Shown here one piece after another: positions 50,299 to 59,218 of a DNA stretch of 64,000 nucleotides. The notes beneath the pieces were generated by a model. That model was not told the origin of the DNA, searched no databases, and was given only the letters and a program-made list of their open reading frames with translations. The position numbers and the translations under genes are program-made. The DNA lies in NCBI GenBank assembly GCA_963555995.3, contig OY821641.1:544001-608000 (forward strand). Reading direction: 5' to 3'. The stretch comes from Vicinamibacteria bacterium. GTDB taxonomy: Bacteria > Acidobacteriota > Vicinamibacteria > Marinacidobacterales > Marinacidobacteraceae. The stretch's first letter is position 1, and each line of letters starts with the position of its first letter.

Positions 50299-50493
50299 GA
50301 ACTTGAAATTATCTCACGCCCGGACCGAACCTCCCGGCGAACGGGCGGGAGGGACGGGACCTCCACGCGGTGCGGGCCTCCACCCGCCTCTACAACGTGC
50401 CGCACGAGGTGGACCGCCGGCTCGCGAGCGGCCGCCAAATCGCCGCCAACCCGGCGGACTACACGTAGCGAAACGCCGGCCCTCGGAGCGCGA

Positions 50494-50534
50494 GGAGCGC
50501 CGGTCTGAAGACCAGGTCTGAAGACCGGCGCTCC
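50494..50534. repeat. REP palindrome with internally duplicated core
   Basis: GGAGCGCC-GGTCTGAAGACC-A-GGTCTGAAGACC-GGCGCTCC. Confidence 0.75.
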
Positions 50535-50546
50535 AAGGTCCTCCGC

Positions 50547-52313
50547 TCAGCCTCCCACCGGGGGCTTCCTCAGATGGAAGTCGGTGACCTGCTGGTAGGC
50601 GTGCGCCAGGGTCAGGATCTCGGTGTCCCCGTAGAGCTTCCCGGTCATCCGCAGACTGGTCGGGGACCCCTCGTGGTAGCCGTTCGGCATGCAGACCTCG
50701 GGGTGTCCGGTCAGGTTCGTGAGGCCCAGATTCGACCCGATGAAGAGGTCCAGGTCTCCGAACGCCTCGTCGAACTCCCGCATGATCCGGGTGCGTACCC
50801 GCATCGCCTGGATGTATTCCACCGCAGGGACGAACCGGTTGGTGCGGAAGGTGTCCGGCCAGCGGCTCTCCTCCGGGGGTTCCTTCATGGCGAGGTCGGC
50901 GCCGCTCCGGGCCAGCGCGTCGTGCGCGGCGGCGGACTCGGCGGACAGGACGAAGGAGAGGTCGTTCCAGTCGAGTTCCGGGAGGTCGAACGGCGTGATG
51001 GTGATTCCCGCCCCGCGCAGCGCCTCGATGGCCGCGCGCGTGTTCTCCTGCGCCGTGCGGCGGGCCGCCGCCTGGTCCGGGTTCTCCGGGTCGTCCTCGA
51101 TCTCGTCCTCGACCGCCGCCCGGTCGTAGCCCACCCGGAGCGCCGTCGGGTCGGCGGACGCGTCCCAGGCGAAGGGCGGGTCCTGGACCGCCCGGTCGAG
51201 GTCGTCGGCGCCCCGGATGGCCTCGAACACCAGCGCGCAGTCCTCGGCGCTCCGGCACATGGGACCGATCTTGTCCATGGTCCACGAGAGCGCCATGGCG
51301 CCCGCCCGGCTGACCCGGCCGAAGGTCGGACGGTGCCCGGTGATGCCGTTGCGGGTGGACGGCGAGATGATGGAACCGCGCGTCTCGGTGCCGATGGAGA
51401 ACCCCACCAGCCCGGCCGCGGTCGCCGACCCCGGCCCGGCGGAGGAGCCGCTCGACCCCTGTTCGGTGTTCCAGGGGTTCCGGGTCCGGCCCCCGAACCA
51501 GCGGTCGCCCGACGCCAGCGCGCCCATGGTCAGCTTGGCGACGAGGACCGCGCCCGCTTCGGTCAGCTTCGTATAGACGGTGGCGTCCTCGTTGATCTCC
51601 TGGTCGCGGTAGGGAGAGGCGCCCCAGGTGGTCTTCGTCCCCCTGACCGCCAGCAGGTCCTTCGCGCCCCACGGGATGCCGTGGAGCGGTCCGCGGTAGT
51701 TGCCGGCGGCGATCTCCTCGTCGGCCCGGGCCGCCTGCTCGCGGGCGAGGTCCTCGGTCAGGTTCACCACGCACAGCAGCACCGGATCGAATTCCCGGAG
51801 CCGCGCCAGGTAGAGCTCGGTGAGTTCGGTCGAGGTGACCTGGCGGGTCTCCACGAGCCGCGCGAGGTGGGTGACCGGCAGGAAGGCGAGGTCGGTGTCC
51901 GACTCGGGACGGGAGACCTCGGGCCGGGAAGCCCGTACGCCGCCCGCGGTTTCGGGCATCGGCTTCCCGGGCGGCAGCGGATGGAAGACGAACGACGGCG
52001 GCAGGTGGTTGTGGATCTCCGGATCCCGGATGCCCTGGTAGGCGTCCAGCGGACTCCGCTCGCCGTTCAGCCGCTCGGCCACCAGCGCGAGTTCGTCGTC
52101 GGAGAACTCCAGTCCGGCGAGCTGCTGGGCGGTGCGCAGCATGCCGATCGACACGGTGTCCGCGTCTCCGGCGCAGGCGGTGAGCGCCCCGGGGAGCAGG
52201 GTGGAACCGAGCCCCAGCCCGGAGAGTCCGGCAACGAACCGGCGGCGGTTCCAGTCGAGGCGCTCCGGTCCGGACGGCGGTGCGGAAACGGGAGGAGAGG
52301 GTTGGTCGGCCAT
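50547..52313 (-). CDS. amidase signature family protein, Tat-exported
   Basis: NRRRFVAG, GPLHGIPWGAKD, GSSGSSAG, GTETRGSI.SP. Confidence 0.92.
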   Translation of the reverse strand: MADQPSPPVSAPPSGPERLDWNRRRFVAGLSGLGLGSTLLPGALTACAGDADTVSIGMLRTAQQLAGLEFSDDELALVAERLNGERSPLDAYQGIRDPEIHNHLPPSFVFHPLPPGKPMPETAGGVRASRPEVSRPESDTDLAFLPVTHLARLVETRQVTSTELTELYLARLREFDPVLLCVVNLTEDLAREQAARADEEIAAGNYRGPLHGIPWGAKDLLAVRGTKTTWGASPYRDQEINEDATVYTKLTEAGAVLVAKLTMGALASGDRWFGGRTRNPWNTEQGSSGSSAGPGSATAAGLVGFSIGTETRGSIISPSTRNGITGHRPTFGRVSRAGAMALSWTMDKIGPMCRSAEDCALVFEAIRGADDLDRAVQDPPFAWDASADPTALRVGYDRAAVEDEIEDDPENPDQAAARRTAQENTRAAIEALRGAGITITPFDLPELDWNDLSFVLSAESAAAHDALARSGADLAMKEPPEESRWPDTFRTNRFVPAVEYIQAMRVRTRIMREFDEAFGDLDLFIGSNLGLTNLTGHPEVCMPNGYHEGSPTSLRMTGKLYGDTEILTLAHAYQQVTDFHLRKPPVGG

Positions 52314-52366
52314 GAGGCGATTGTGCTCGCTTAGGCTTCTCGCCGCCAGCGCCCCAAGGAAGTCCC

Positions 52367-53365
52367 ATGAGCATTCCCGAAACTCTCCGCGTTCATCTGG
52401 CGACCGACCCGAGCGAGTCCGGCCATTACCGGCTGGACCGCGAGCGCTTCGAGAGCGCGGGAAAGGCCTTTCCCGACGCCTTCCGCCGCCTCCGTCCCAG
52501 CTATTCGGACGACGAGGCCGGCTTCGTCCGGGGGGTCCGCGACGCCGACGTGCTCATCGGCTGGAAGTTCCCGCGGCCGCGTCTCGCCGAGCGCGCTCCG
52601 AAGCTCCGCTGGGTGCAGCTCATCGGCGCCGGGGTGGATCACCTCTATCCGCTGGACTGGCTTCCGGCCGGCGTCAAGCTGATCACGGCGAGCGGGGTCC
52701 ACACGAAGAAGTCCTTCGAGTACGTCCTGATGGGCCTCATCGCCCTCCACACGCGGCTGCCCCGGCTCGCCGAGCACCAGCGGGCGCGGACCTGGAAGAA
52801 GATCCAGACGGGGACGCTGCCCGGGAAGACGGCGCTCGTGATCGGGCTGGGCGCGGTGGGTACGGGCGCGGCGGAGGCGGCGCGGACGCTCGGCATGCGG
52901 GTGCTCGGTGTCCGCCGCACCGGGCGTCCGCACCGGTTCGTGGATGAACTCTTCGGCCCGGACGAGCTGCCGAAGGCGCTGCCGCGCGCCGACTACGTGG
53001 TGCTCGCCGCGCCGCTGACGTCCGACACGAAGGAGATCCTCGGGGAACGGGAACTCGCGCTCCTGCCGGAGGGAGCGGGGATCGTGAACCTGGGCCGGGG
53101 CCGGCTGATCCACCAGGCGGCTCTCGACGCCGGGCTCCGCAGCGGTCGGCTCGGGGGCGCCTTCCTCGACGTGGTCTGGCCCGAGCCGCATCCCCCCGAG
53201 AGCACCCTCTGGGACGCTCCCAACCTCTTCATCACCCCCCACGTCGGGGCGGACGACATCGAGAACTACATACCGCTGGTGTTCTCGATCGCCCTCGACA
53301 ACCTGGCCCGCTTCTTCGCGGGCCGCCGCCTCCGGAACGTGGTGAACCGGCGCCGGGGCTACTGA
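52367..53365 (+). CDS. D-2-hydroxyacid dehydrogenase
   Basis: GAGVDH, GLGAVG, PLT, NLGRG, LDV...EP, TPH. Confidence 0.92.
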   Translation: MSIPETLRVHLATDPSESGHYRLDRERFESAGKAFPDAFRRLRPSYSDDEAGFVRGVRDADVLIGWKFPRPRLAERAPKLRWVQLIGAGVDHLYPLDWLPAGVKLITASGVHTKKSFEYVLMGLIALHTRLPRLAEHQRARTWKKIQTGTLPGKTALVIGLGAVGTGAAEAARTLGMRVLGVRRTGRPHRFVDELFGPDELPKALPRADYVVLAAPLTSDTKEILGERELALLPEGAGIVNLGRGRLIHQAALDAGLRSGRLGGAFLDVVWPEPHPPESTLWDAPNLFITPHVGADDIENYIPLVFSIALDNLARFFAGRRLRNVVNRRRGY

Positions 53366-53372
53366 CGGACCG

Positions 53373-54215
53373 TCAGTCGGCGTCCGCCTCGTCCACCACG
53401 CCGTTCCGGAGGGTCCCGACCCCGCCGATCTCCACTTCGACCACGTCGCCGGGCTTCATGAAGAGCTGCGGATCGCGGGCGAAGCCCACGCCGGACGGTG
53501 TGCCGGTGGCGATCACGTCCCCGGGATGCAGGGGATGGATCCGGGACAGGTAGGCGATCAGTTCGCGCACCGGATAGGTCATCTGCGAGGTGTGGCTCGC
53601 CTGCACCACCTCGCCGTTCAGCCGGGTCCCGATGGGAAGGTCCTGCGGATCGGGCACTTCGTCCGGGGTGACGAGGAAGGGGCCGAATCCGCCGGTCCGC
53701 CAGAAGTTCTTGCCGGGTCCGAACTGGCTGCTGTGTCCCTGGTAGTCGCGCACCGAGGCGTCGTTGAAGCAGGCGTAGCCCGCCACGTGGTCGAGGGCGG
53801 ACGCTTCGGCGACGTGCCGCGCGGTGCGGCCGATCACCACCGCGAGTTCGGCCTCGTAGTCGAGCTGGTGGGAGACCGCCGGGCGCACCAGCGCCTCTCC
53901 GTGCCCGAGCAGGCTGGCCGGAAACCGGGTGAAGAGGGTGGGGTAGTCGGCCTTCGCCCGTCCCGTTTCGAGCCGGTGGTCCTCGTAGTTGAGGCCCACG
54001 CACCAGAGCGCCCCGGGGCGGGGGATCGGAGGCAGGAACCGGACGTCGGCGACGCGGGGCGCGGTCGCCCAGTCAGCGTCCACCCCGGGCAGGGGAGCGG
54101 CCAACCGCTCGGCCAGGGTTCCGGCCCCGTCGAGCGGCAGGTAGCGGGCCCCGTCCGGAGAGACGGCGGCGACGGTTTCACCCCTTCCGGGGACGAGCAG
54201 GGTGGCATAGCGCAT
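53373..54215 (-). CDS. fumarylacetoacetate hydrolase family protein
   Basis: CVGLNY..H, DYEAEL, NDASVRD.Q, GKNF, PGDVIATGTPSGVG; start at MRYAT. Confidence 0.93.
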   Translation of the reverse strand: MRYATLLVPGRGETVAAVSPDGARYLPLDGAGTLAERLAAPLPGVDADWATAPRVADVRFLPPIPRPGALWCVGLNYEDHRLETGRAKADYPTLFTRFPASLLGHGEALVRPAVSHQLDYEAELAVVIGRTARHVAEASALDHVAGYACFNDASVRDYQGHSSQFGPGKNFWRTGGFGPFLVTPDEVPDPQDLPIGTRLNGEVVQASHTSQMTYPVRELIAYLSRIHPLHPGDVIATGTPSGVGFARDPQLFMKPGDVVEVEIGGVGTLRNGVVDEADAD

Positions 54216-54266
54216 AGCGCGGGGGATGCTACCGATGTCGGCTGCAAACCCGCTACGCGGCCCGCC

Positions 54267-54851
54267 GGCCTGGACCGCCGGTCTCCAGACCGGCACACGC
54301 AGCGCTCCGCGCTGCGCCCGTCCCAGCCCCACCCGGCAAAGGCGGCCCCCACCCCGGCCTGGAACGCCGGTCTCCAGACCGGCACAGCGGTGCTCCGCAC
54401 CGCGCCCGTCGCAACCCCACCCGGAAGAGACGGCCCCCGCCCCGGCTTGGACCGCCGGTCTCCAGACCGGCACACGCAGCGCTCCGCGCTGCGCCCGTCC
54501 CCACGCCATACGCGACCACCAGTGTGCAAGAGTTGGTGTCTCCCGACTGCGGAAGGAGAGGGTGTCTCTTGACCGGAGTAGCTGGTCGTCCGGGAGGAAC
54601 ATGTCGCCGTAGCCGATTCCCGGGAGGAACCTGCAGCAGTAGCGCGGTCCGCATACGCGTCGTGAGGAGGGGTGGAGTTACGACGTGCGCGGCGCGGAGC
54701 GCCGCTGTGCCGGTCTGGAGACCGGCGTTCCCAGCCGGCGCGCCACCCGGGTGGTCTGGAGGTCCACGGTGCCAGCCGTAGGCGTCGCGAGGGTTGGTGA
54801 GGTTGGGACGTGCGCGACGCGGAGCGCCGCTGTGCCCCGGCGTTCCAGGCC
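54267..54851. repeat. REP-like array (three units of about 89 bp plus two inverted copies)
   Basis: units at 54267, 54356 and 54444; inverted copy at 54707-54736; core-deleted copy at 54811-54851. Confidence 0.88.
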
Positions 54852-54878
54852 GTTGCGTCAGGCGGGGTGGGCGGGGTC

Positions 54879-55304
54879 CTACCGGTCTGCGTTCTGCACC
54901 CGGGCCAGGGCGCCCGCGAAGGCCGCCGGTTCCCCGTTCCATTCGCCGCCGGGAGCGGGGACGAAATCGGGCGGCGGCGGCCCCGGGTGGACATAGAACG
55001 CGACCGGCTCGGTCTCGCCCTCCGGCACCACTTCCACCCGCCGGTAGCCGAACTGCCCTTCGAAGGCGTCGAGCTCTGACACCGTGTCCGCGTCCACCCG
55101 GTAGGTCTCCACGACGACCGGGTTGACCTCCCGGGCGGAGACCAGCATCGGGTACTCCTCGTTGCCGAAGAGCCGAAAGGGGATCCGGACCGCGCCTGCC
55201 CGGACGAACTCGGCGCCGTCGAGGAACGCGGCGTGGTTCGCGTGCCCGCGCTTCAACGTGCCGTAAACGGCGACGAGAGCGCGGTTCGAAGTCGGCCCCA
55301 TCAC
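54879..55304 (-). CDS. gamma-glutamylcyclotransferase family protein
   Basis: VYGTLKRG..NH, YP, LD.FEG...Y.R. Confidence 0.88.
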   Translation of the reverse strand: MMGPTSNRALVAVYGTLKRGHANHAAFLDGAEFVRAGAVRIPFRLFGNEEYPMLVSAREVNPVVVETYRVDADTVSELDAFEGQFGYRRVEVVPEGETEPVAFYVHPGPPPPDFVPAPGGEWNGEPAAFAGALARVQNADR

Positions 55305-57031
55305 TCCCCGGCGCGGTACGCCACTTCGCCGCCCACGATCGTGATCGCCACCTTCGCATCCAGGATCTCGTCGTCCGGCACCGTGAGGATGTCCCCGGTG
55401 AGGACGACGATGTCCGCGTACTTCCCCGGCGTCAGGCTGCCCTTCACGTCCTCCTCGAAGGCTGCCCAGGCGTTCGCCATCGTGTAGGAATAGAGCGCTT
55501 CCTCGCGGGTGAGGACTTCTTCCGGGTAGAACCGGGTCCCGTCCGCCAGTTCGCGGGTCACCGTCGCGAAGTAGCTGGGAATGGGATCGAGGTCCTCCAC
55601 CGGGGCGTCGGTCCCGTTGGTCACCACCGCCCCGCTGTCGAGGAGCGACCGCCAGACGTAGGCGCCGGAGCGCGCCCGCTCGTCGCCGAGCTTCTCGGGC
55701 ACCCAGGGGCCGTCCGAGGTGGCGTGCACGGCCTGCATCGAGGCGATCACTCCCAGTTCACCGAACCGCGGGATGTCGTCCGGGTGGATGTGCTGCGAGT
55801 GTTCGATGCGGAACCGCAGGTCCGCACCGCTCACTCCGGCCGCCCCGAAGGCCCGTTCGTAGGCGTCGAGGATCTCCCGGTTGCCCCGGTCGCCGATCGC
55901 GTGGGTGTTCACCTGGAAGCCGTGCCCGATCGCGATCCGGGCGGTCTCTTCGATGTCGGCGACCTCGTCAATGACCAGTCCGACGCTCGACGGCATGTCG
56001 TCGTAGGGCTCGAGGAGCCAGGCGCCGTGCGCGCCGAGCGCCCCGTCCACCACCCGCTTGATGGACCGCACGGTGAGGAACCCGCCGGCGTGGTTCGTCA
56101 TCAGGTAGTCCGGAAGCCGGGCGTCCATCTCTCCGTTCGACTGGCCGCGGACCATCACGTAGAGGCGCACCGGAAGCTCTCCGGCTTCCGCCATCTCCCG
56201 AAAGAAATCAATCATCGCGAACGAAGAACCCGCATCCTGGAAGGACGTGACCCCCTTCCGCAGGGATTCCTCGGCGGCCAACCGGAGCTGCAGCTCCAGT
56301 TCGGCCCGGATCTCTTCGTCGCTCCGCTCCGCCATGGCCCGGTCGCGGGCGCGGGCGACGAGGCGTTGGGCCGTCTCCCGCAGCGCGCCGGTGGCGTTGC
56401 CCTCGGCGTCGCGCACGATGGCGCCTCCCGGCGGGTCGGGGGTGTTCCGGTCAATCCCGGCCAGTTCCATCGCGAGCGCGTTCGCGAAGGCGGCGTGGCC
56501 GCTCGCGTGGCGGAGCAGCACCGGGTTCTCGGGGGAGATCTCGGAGAGGCCGAGGTGGTGCGGCAGGTCCTCGACCGCGCCTCCCGGGACCTCGTCCCAC
56601 TTCTCCTGGTGCCAGCCGCGGCCTTCGATCCAGCCTCCGGGAGCGGCCTCGGCGACCGCCTCGGCCACCATGTCCACGATCCGGTTCCAGTTGGCGGCTT
56701 CCCCCAGCTTCAGGATCATCTGGGCGTTCCCGACGCCCATGAAGTGGCCGTGGCCCTCGATGAACCCGGGGATCGCGAGACGGCCGTCGAGCTGGATCAC
56801 CTCGGTGTCCGGGCCGGCGGTCGCCTCGATCTCCGCGGTGGTGCCCAGGGCCGCGATCTTTCCGTTCCGGACGGCCACCGCTTCCGCTTCGGGATGGTCG
56901 GGGTCCACGGTGACCACCCGGCCGTCCAGCAACACCAGGTCGGCGGGCCCGCCGATGTCGGGGGCCTGCGGACCACAGCCGGAGGAAAGGAGAAGCGAGG
57001 CGGGAAGAACGAGAAAGGACAGGAAACGCAT
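55301..57031 (-). CDS. YtcJ-like amidohydrolase, lipoprotein
   Basis: SSGC lipobox, PGFIEGHGH, DGALG.HGA, HAIGD, RIEH, GTDAP, PGK.AD. Confidence 0.9.
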   Translation of the reverse strand: MRFLSFLVLPASLLLSSGCGPQAPDIGGPADLVLLDGRVVTVDPDHPEAEAVAVRNGKIAALGTTAEIEATAGPDTEVIQLDGRLAIPGFIEGHGHFMGVGNAQMILKLGEAANWNRIVDMVAEAVAEAAPGGWIEGRGWHQEKWDEVPGGAVEDLPHHLGLSEISPENPVLLRHASGHAAFANALAMELAGIDRNTPDPPGGAIVRDAEGNATGALRETAQRLVARARDRAMAERSDEEIRAELELQLRLAAEESLRKGVTSFQDAGSSFAMIDFFREMAEAGELPVRLYVMVRGQSNGEMDARLPDYLMTNHAGGFLTVRSIKRVVDGALGAHGAWLLEPYDDMPSSVGLVIDEVADIEETARIAIGHGFQVNTHAIGDRGNREILDAYERAFGAAGVSGADLRFRIEHSQHIHPDDIPRFGELGVIASMQAVHATSDGPWVPEKLGDERARSGAYVWRSLLDSGAVVTNGTDAPVEDLDPIPSYFATVTRELADGTRFYPEEVLTREEALYSYTMANAWAAFEEDVKGSLTPGKYADIVVLTGDILTVPDDEILDAKVAITIVGGEVAYRAGE

Positions 57032-57094
57032 GCGAGACCTCCGCGGGACCGGAAAGGGTAGCGAGGTCGCGGTTCTTCGTTAGAGTGGCGCTCC

Positions 57095-58924
57095 ATGCGC
57101 ACGCTCCGCTCCCTCTACGCCTGCCTTTTGCTCCTCCTGGCGCCCGCGACCGCCGCCGCCCAGTGGTACCCCGAGCCCGACCTCGTGCTCACCGGCGCCG
57201 AGGTGCGGACCGTGGACGCGGAGGACTCGCTGGCCGAGGCCCTCGCCATCAAGGACGGCCGGGTGGTGGCGGTGGGGTCGGCCGCCGGAGTCGCCGCCGT
57301 CTCCGGCCCCAACACCCGCACGGTGGACCTCTCCGGGAAGACGGTGATCCCCGGCATCCAGGACTCGCACATCCACTTCCTCTCGCTGGGCCGCGACATC
57401 ACGACCGGGGTGGAACTGAGTTACGCGGAGTCGGCCGAAGACATCGTCGCCGGGGTGCGCGCCCGGATTGCCGAGAGCCGGATCCCCGCCGGCGAATGGG
57501 TGGTCGGCCGGCGCTGGGACCAGTTCAAGTACCCGCGGATGGTTACCCGCTGGCAACTCGACGAGGCCGCTCCCGAGAACCCGGTGGCGCTCTACCGCGT
57601 CTATCGGGGCGTCGCGGTCAACACCGAGGTCTTCCGGCGGATGGGGATCGAGGACGGCGACTCCTCCACCTGGCCGTCGTGGTGGCTCGAGAATCCCGAC
57701 AACTTCACCTTCGAGGACCAGATCCTGCGCGAGTCGCGCGAGCTCACGGTGGACGGCGAGACCGTCACCCGGGAGGTCCCCACCGGCGTGTTCCTCGGGT
57801 CGCGGGCTTCGCGCCTCGTGACCGAGCGGCCCCCGCCCGACGACTTCGAGGACGACGTGGAGAGCGTCCGCCTGGGGGTCGAGGAACTGCTGTCACTGGG
57901 AATCACCTCCATCGTGGACCCCTCGTCCCGGATGGGCCACAACATGCGGGTCTACCAGGAGGCCTTCAACCGCGGGTACCTGCGGCTGCGCATCGCCGCC
58001 GTGTACGAAGGGACCTTCAACACCCACGCCCCCGAGGCGATCTCCACCCACCTCGACGGGATCAAGGTCAACAACCTCGGCGACCGCTTCCTCCGCTGGC
58101 GCGGGGTCAAGGTGTACGGCGACGGGGGGGTGGGGACCCGGAGCGCCTGGATGTCCGAGCCCTTCCACATGTGGGACGAGCTCGAAGGCGAGCGCAACCT
58201 CGGCAACCCGGTGGTCGAGAGCTATCCGGAGCGGGAGGCGCAGTACCGCGCCATCCGCAGCCACGGCTGGGACCTCCACACCCACAGTTGCGGGGACCAG
58301 GCGATGCGGCAGACCGTGGACCTCTACATGAAGCTGCTCGACGAGATGCAGGAAGAAAGCGGGGAACTCCCGGACCTCCGCTGGAGCGTGATCCACGCCT
58401 ACTTCCCCATCGAGCCCAAGACGCGGGTCCTCGACGACATGGCCCGCTACGGCATCGTGGCCGCCACGAACCCGGTCTTCAACTGGCAGCAGGGTTTCTC
58501 GTTCGCCGCGAACTCGGGTCCCGAACGGATGGCCCGCCTCCAGCCCTTCCGCAGCTACCTGCGGGGCGGTGTCATCATGGCCTCCGGCTCCGACTACGGC
58601 GTGACCACCCACAACCCCTGGATGGGGTTCTACGCGCTGCTGACCCGGAAGGACCAGAAGACCGGGGTGGCGCACGGCGAGGACGAGACGGTCACCATCG
58701 CGGAGGCGCTCCGTTCCTACACCTGGAACGGCGCCTTCCTGACCCACGACGACGAGGAACGGGGCAGCCTGGAGCCGGGCAAGCTGGCGGACCTCGTGGT
58801 TCTCGACCTGCCCGGGCTGGATGCGCTCGAGGAAGACCCCGAGCTCCTCTTCTCCATGCGCGACCGCATCGTCGCGACGATGGTGGAGGGGGAGGTCGTG
58901 TTCGGGGACCTGTGGTCGCAGTAG
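57095..58924 (+). CDS. YtcJ-like amidohydrolase, secreted
   Basis: signal peptide, PGIQDSHIH, DGG.G..SA, HSCGD, GSD, GSLEPGKLADLVVL. Confidence 0.9.
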   Translation: MRTLRSLYACLLLLLAPATAAAQWYPEPDLVLTGAEVRTVDAEDSLAEALAIKDGRVVAVGSAAGVAAVSGPNTRTVDLSGKTVIPGIQDSHIHFLSLGRDITTGVELSYAESAEDIVAGVRARIAESRIPAGEWVVGRRWDQFKYPRMVTRWQLDEAAPENPVALYRVYRGVAVNTEVFRRMGIEDGDSSTWPSWWLENPDNFTFEDQILRESRELTVDGETVTREVPTGVFLGSRASRLVTERPPPDDFEDDVESVRLGVEELLSLGITSIVDPSSRMGHNMRVYQEAFNRGYLRLRIAAVYEGTFNTHAPEAISTHLDGIKVNNLGDRFLRWRGVKVYGDGGVGTRSAWMSEPFHMWDELEGERNLGNPVVESYPEREAQYRAIRSHGWDLHTHSCGDQAMRQTVDLYMKLLDEMQEESGELPDLRWSVIHAYFPIEPKTRVLDDMARYGIVAATNPVFNWQQGFSFAANSGPERMARLQPFRSYLRGGVIMASGSDYGVTTHNPWMGFYALLTRKDQKTGVAHGEDETVTIAEALRSYTWNGAFLTHDDEERGSLEPGKLADLVVLDLPGLDALEEDPELLFSMRDRIVATMVEGEVVFGDLWSQ

Positions 58925-58938
58925 CGGGCAATTGCGGG

Positions 58939-58967
58939 TTGACATGCCGCCCGGGCGGCGGTACAAA
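58939..58967 (+). promoter_or_regulatory. sigma70-like promoter
   Basis: TTGACA-N17-TACAAA. Confidence 0.6.
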
Positions 58968-58973
58968 CCGGAA

Positions 58974-59145
58974 CAGAGAAACGGCAATGACCCATTCTCG
59001 GAAAGGGGGTCGGAAATGACCGCACCGCCGGACGACTTTGCGCTCCGGGCCCCGACGGGGGTTCCGGGAGGGTCTGAAGAGGACTTCCCGAGCCGCACCG
59101 GGGCCCGGAACTCACGGGACGAGTTCCCGGGGTCCTGACCACTGA
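58974..59145 (+). ncRNA. candidate structured RNA or leader (family not recognised)
   Basis: 11-bp stem 59044-59054/59099-59109 enclosing a second helix with a TGAAGAG loop; extra hairpin GGAACTC/GAGTTCC; lies downstream of the promoter. Confidence 0.4.
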
Positions 59146-59218
59146 CGACGGCAGAAGCGGGGCCGACGGTCCGGGGCAGGAGCGCAGACAGCGCCCGCCC
59201 CGACCGCTCCGCACTGCG

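Noticed and set aside
54267-54500. Regularly spaced 30-bp palindromic repeats resembling a CRISPR array (also 911-1203 and 45113-45345)
   Set aside because: The intervening sequences resemble each other, copies occur in both orientations and are dispersed through the window, and no cas genes are present; they are REP-like
53373-54602. FAH protein with a repetitive N-terminal extension
   Set aside because: The extension is the REP array read through; the family domain starts at 54215
55301-58924. Divergent pair of YtcJ-like amidohydrolases as a novel system
   Set aside because: Common paralogous family with no additional linking evidence in the sequence
59040-59140. tRNA-Sec, tmRNA or glycine/cobalamin riboswitch
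   Set aside because: No TTCG T-loop, UCA anticodon loop, CCA end or riboswitch consensus could be placed on either strand
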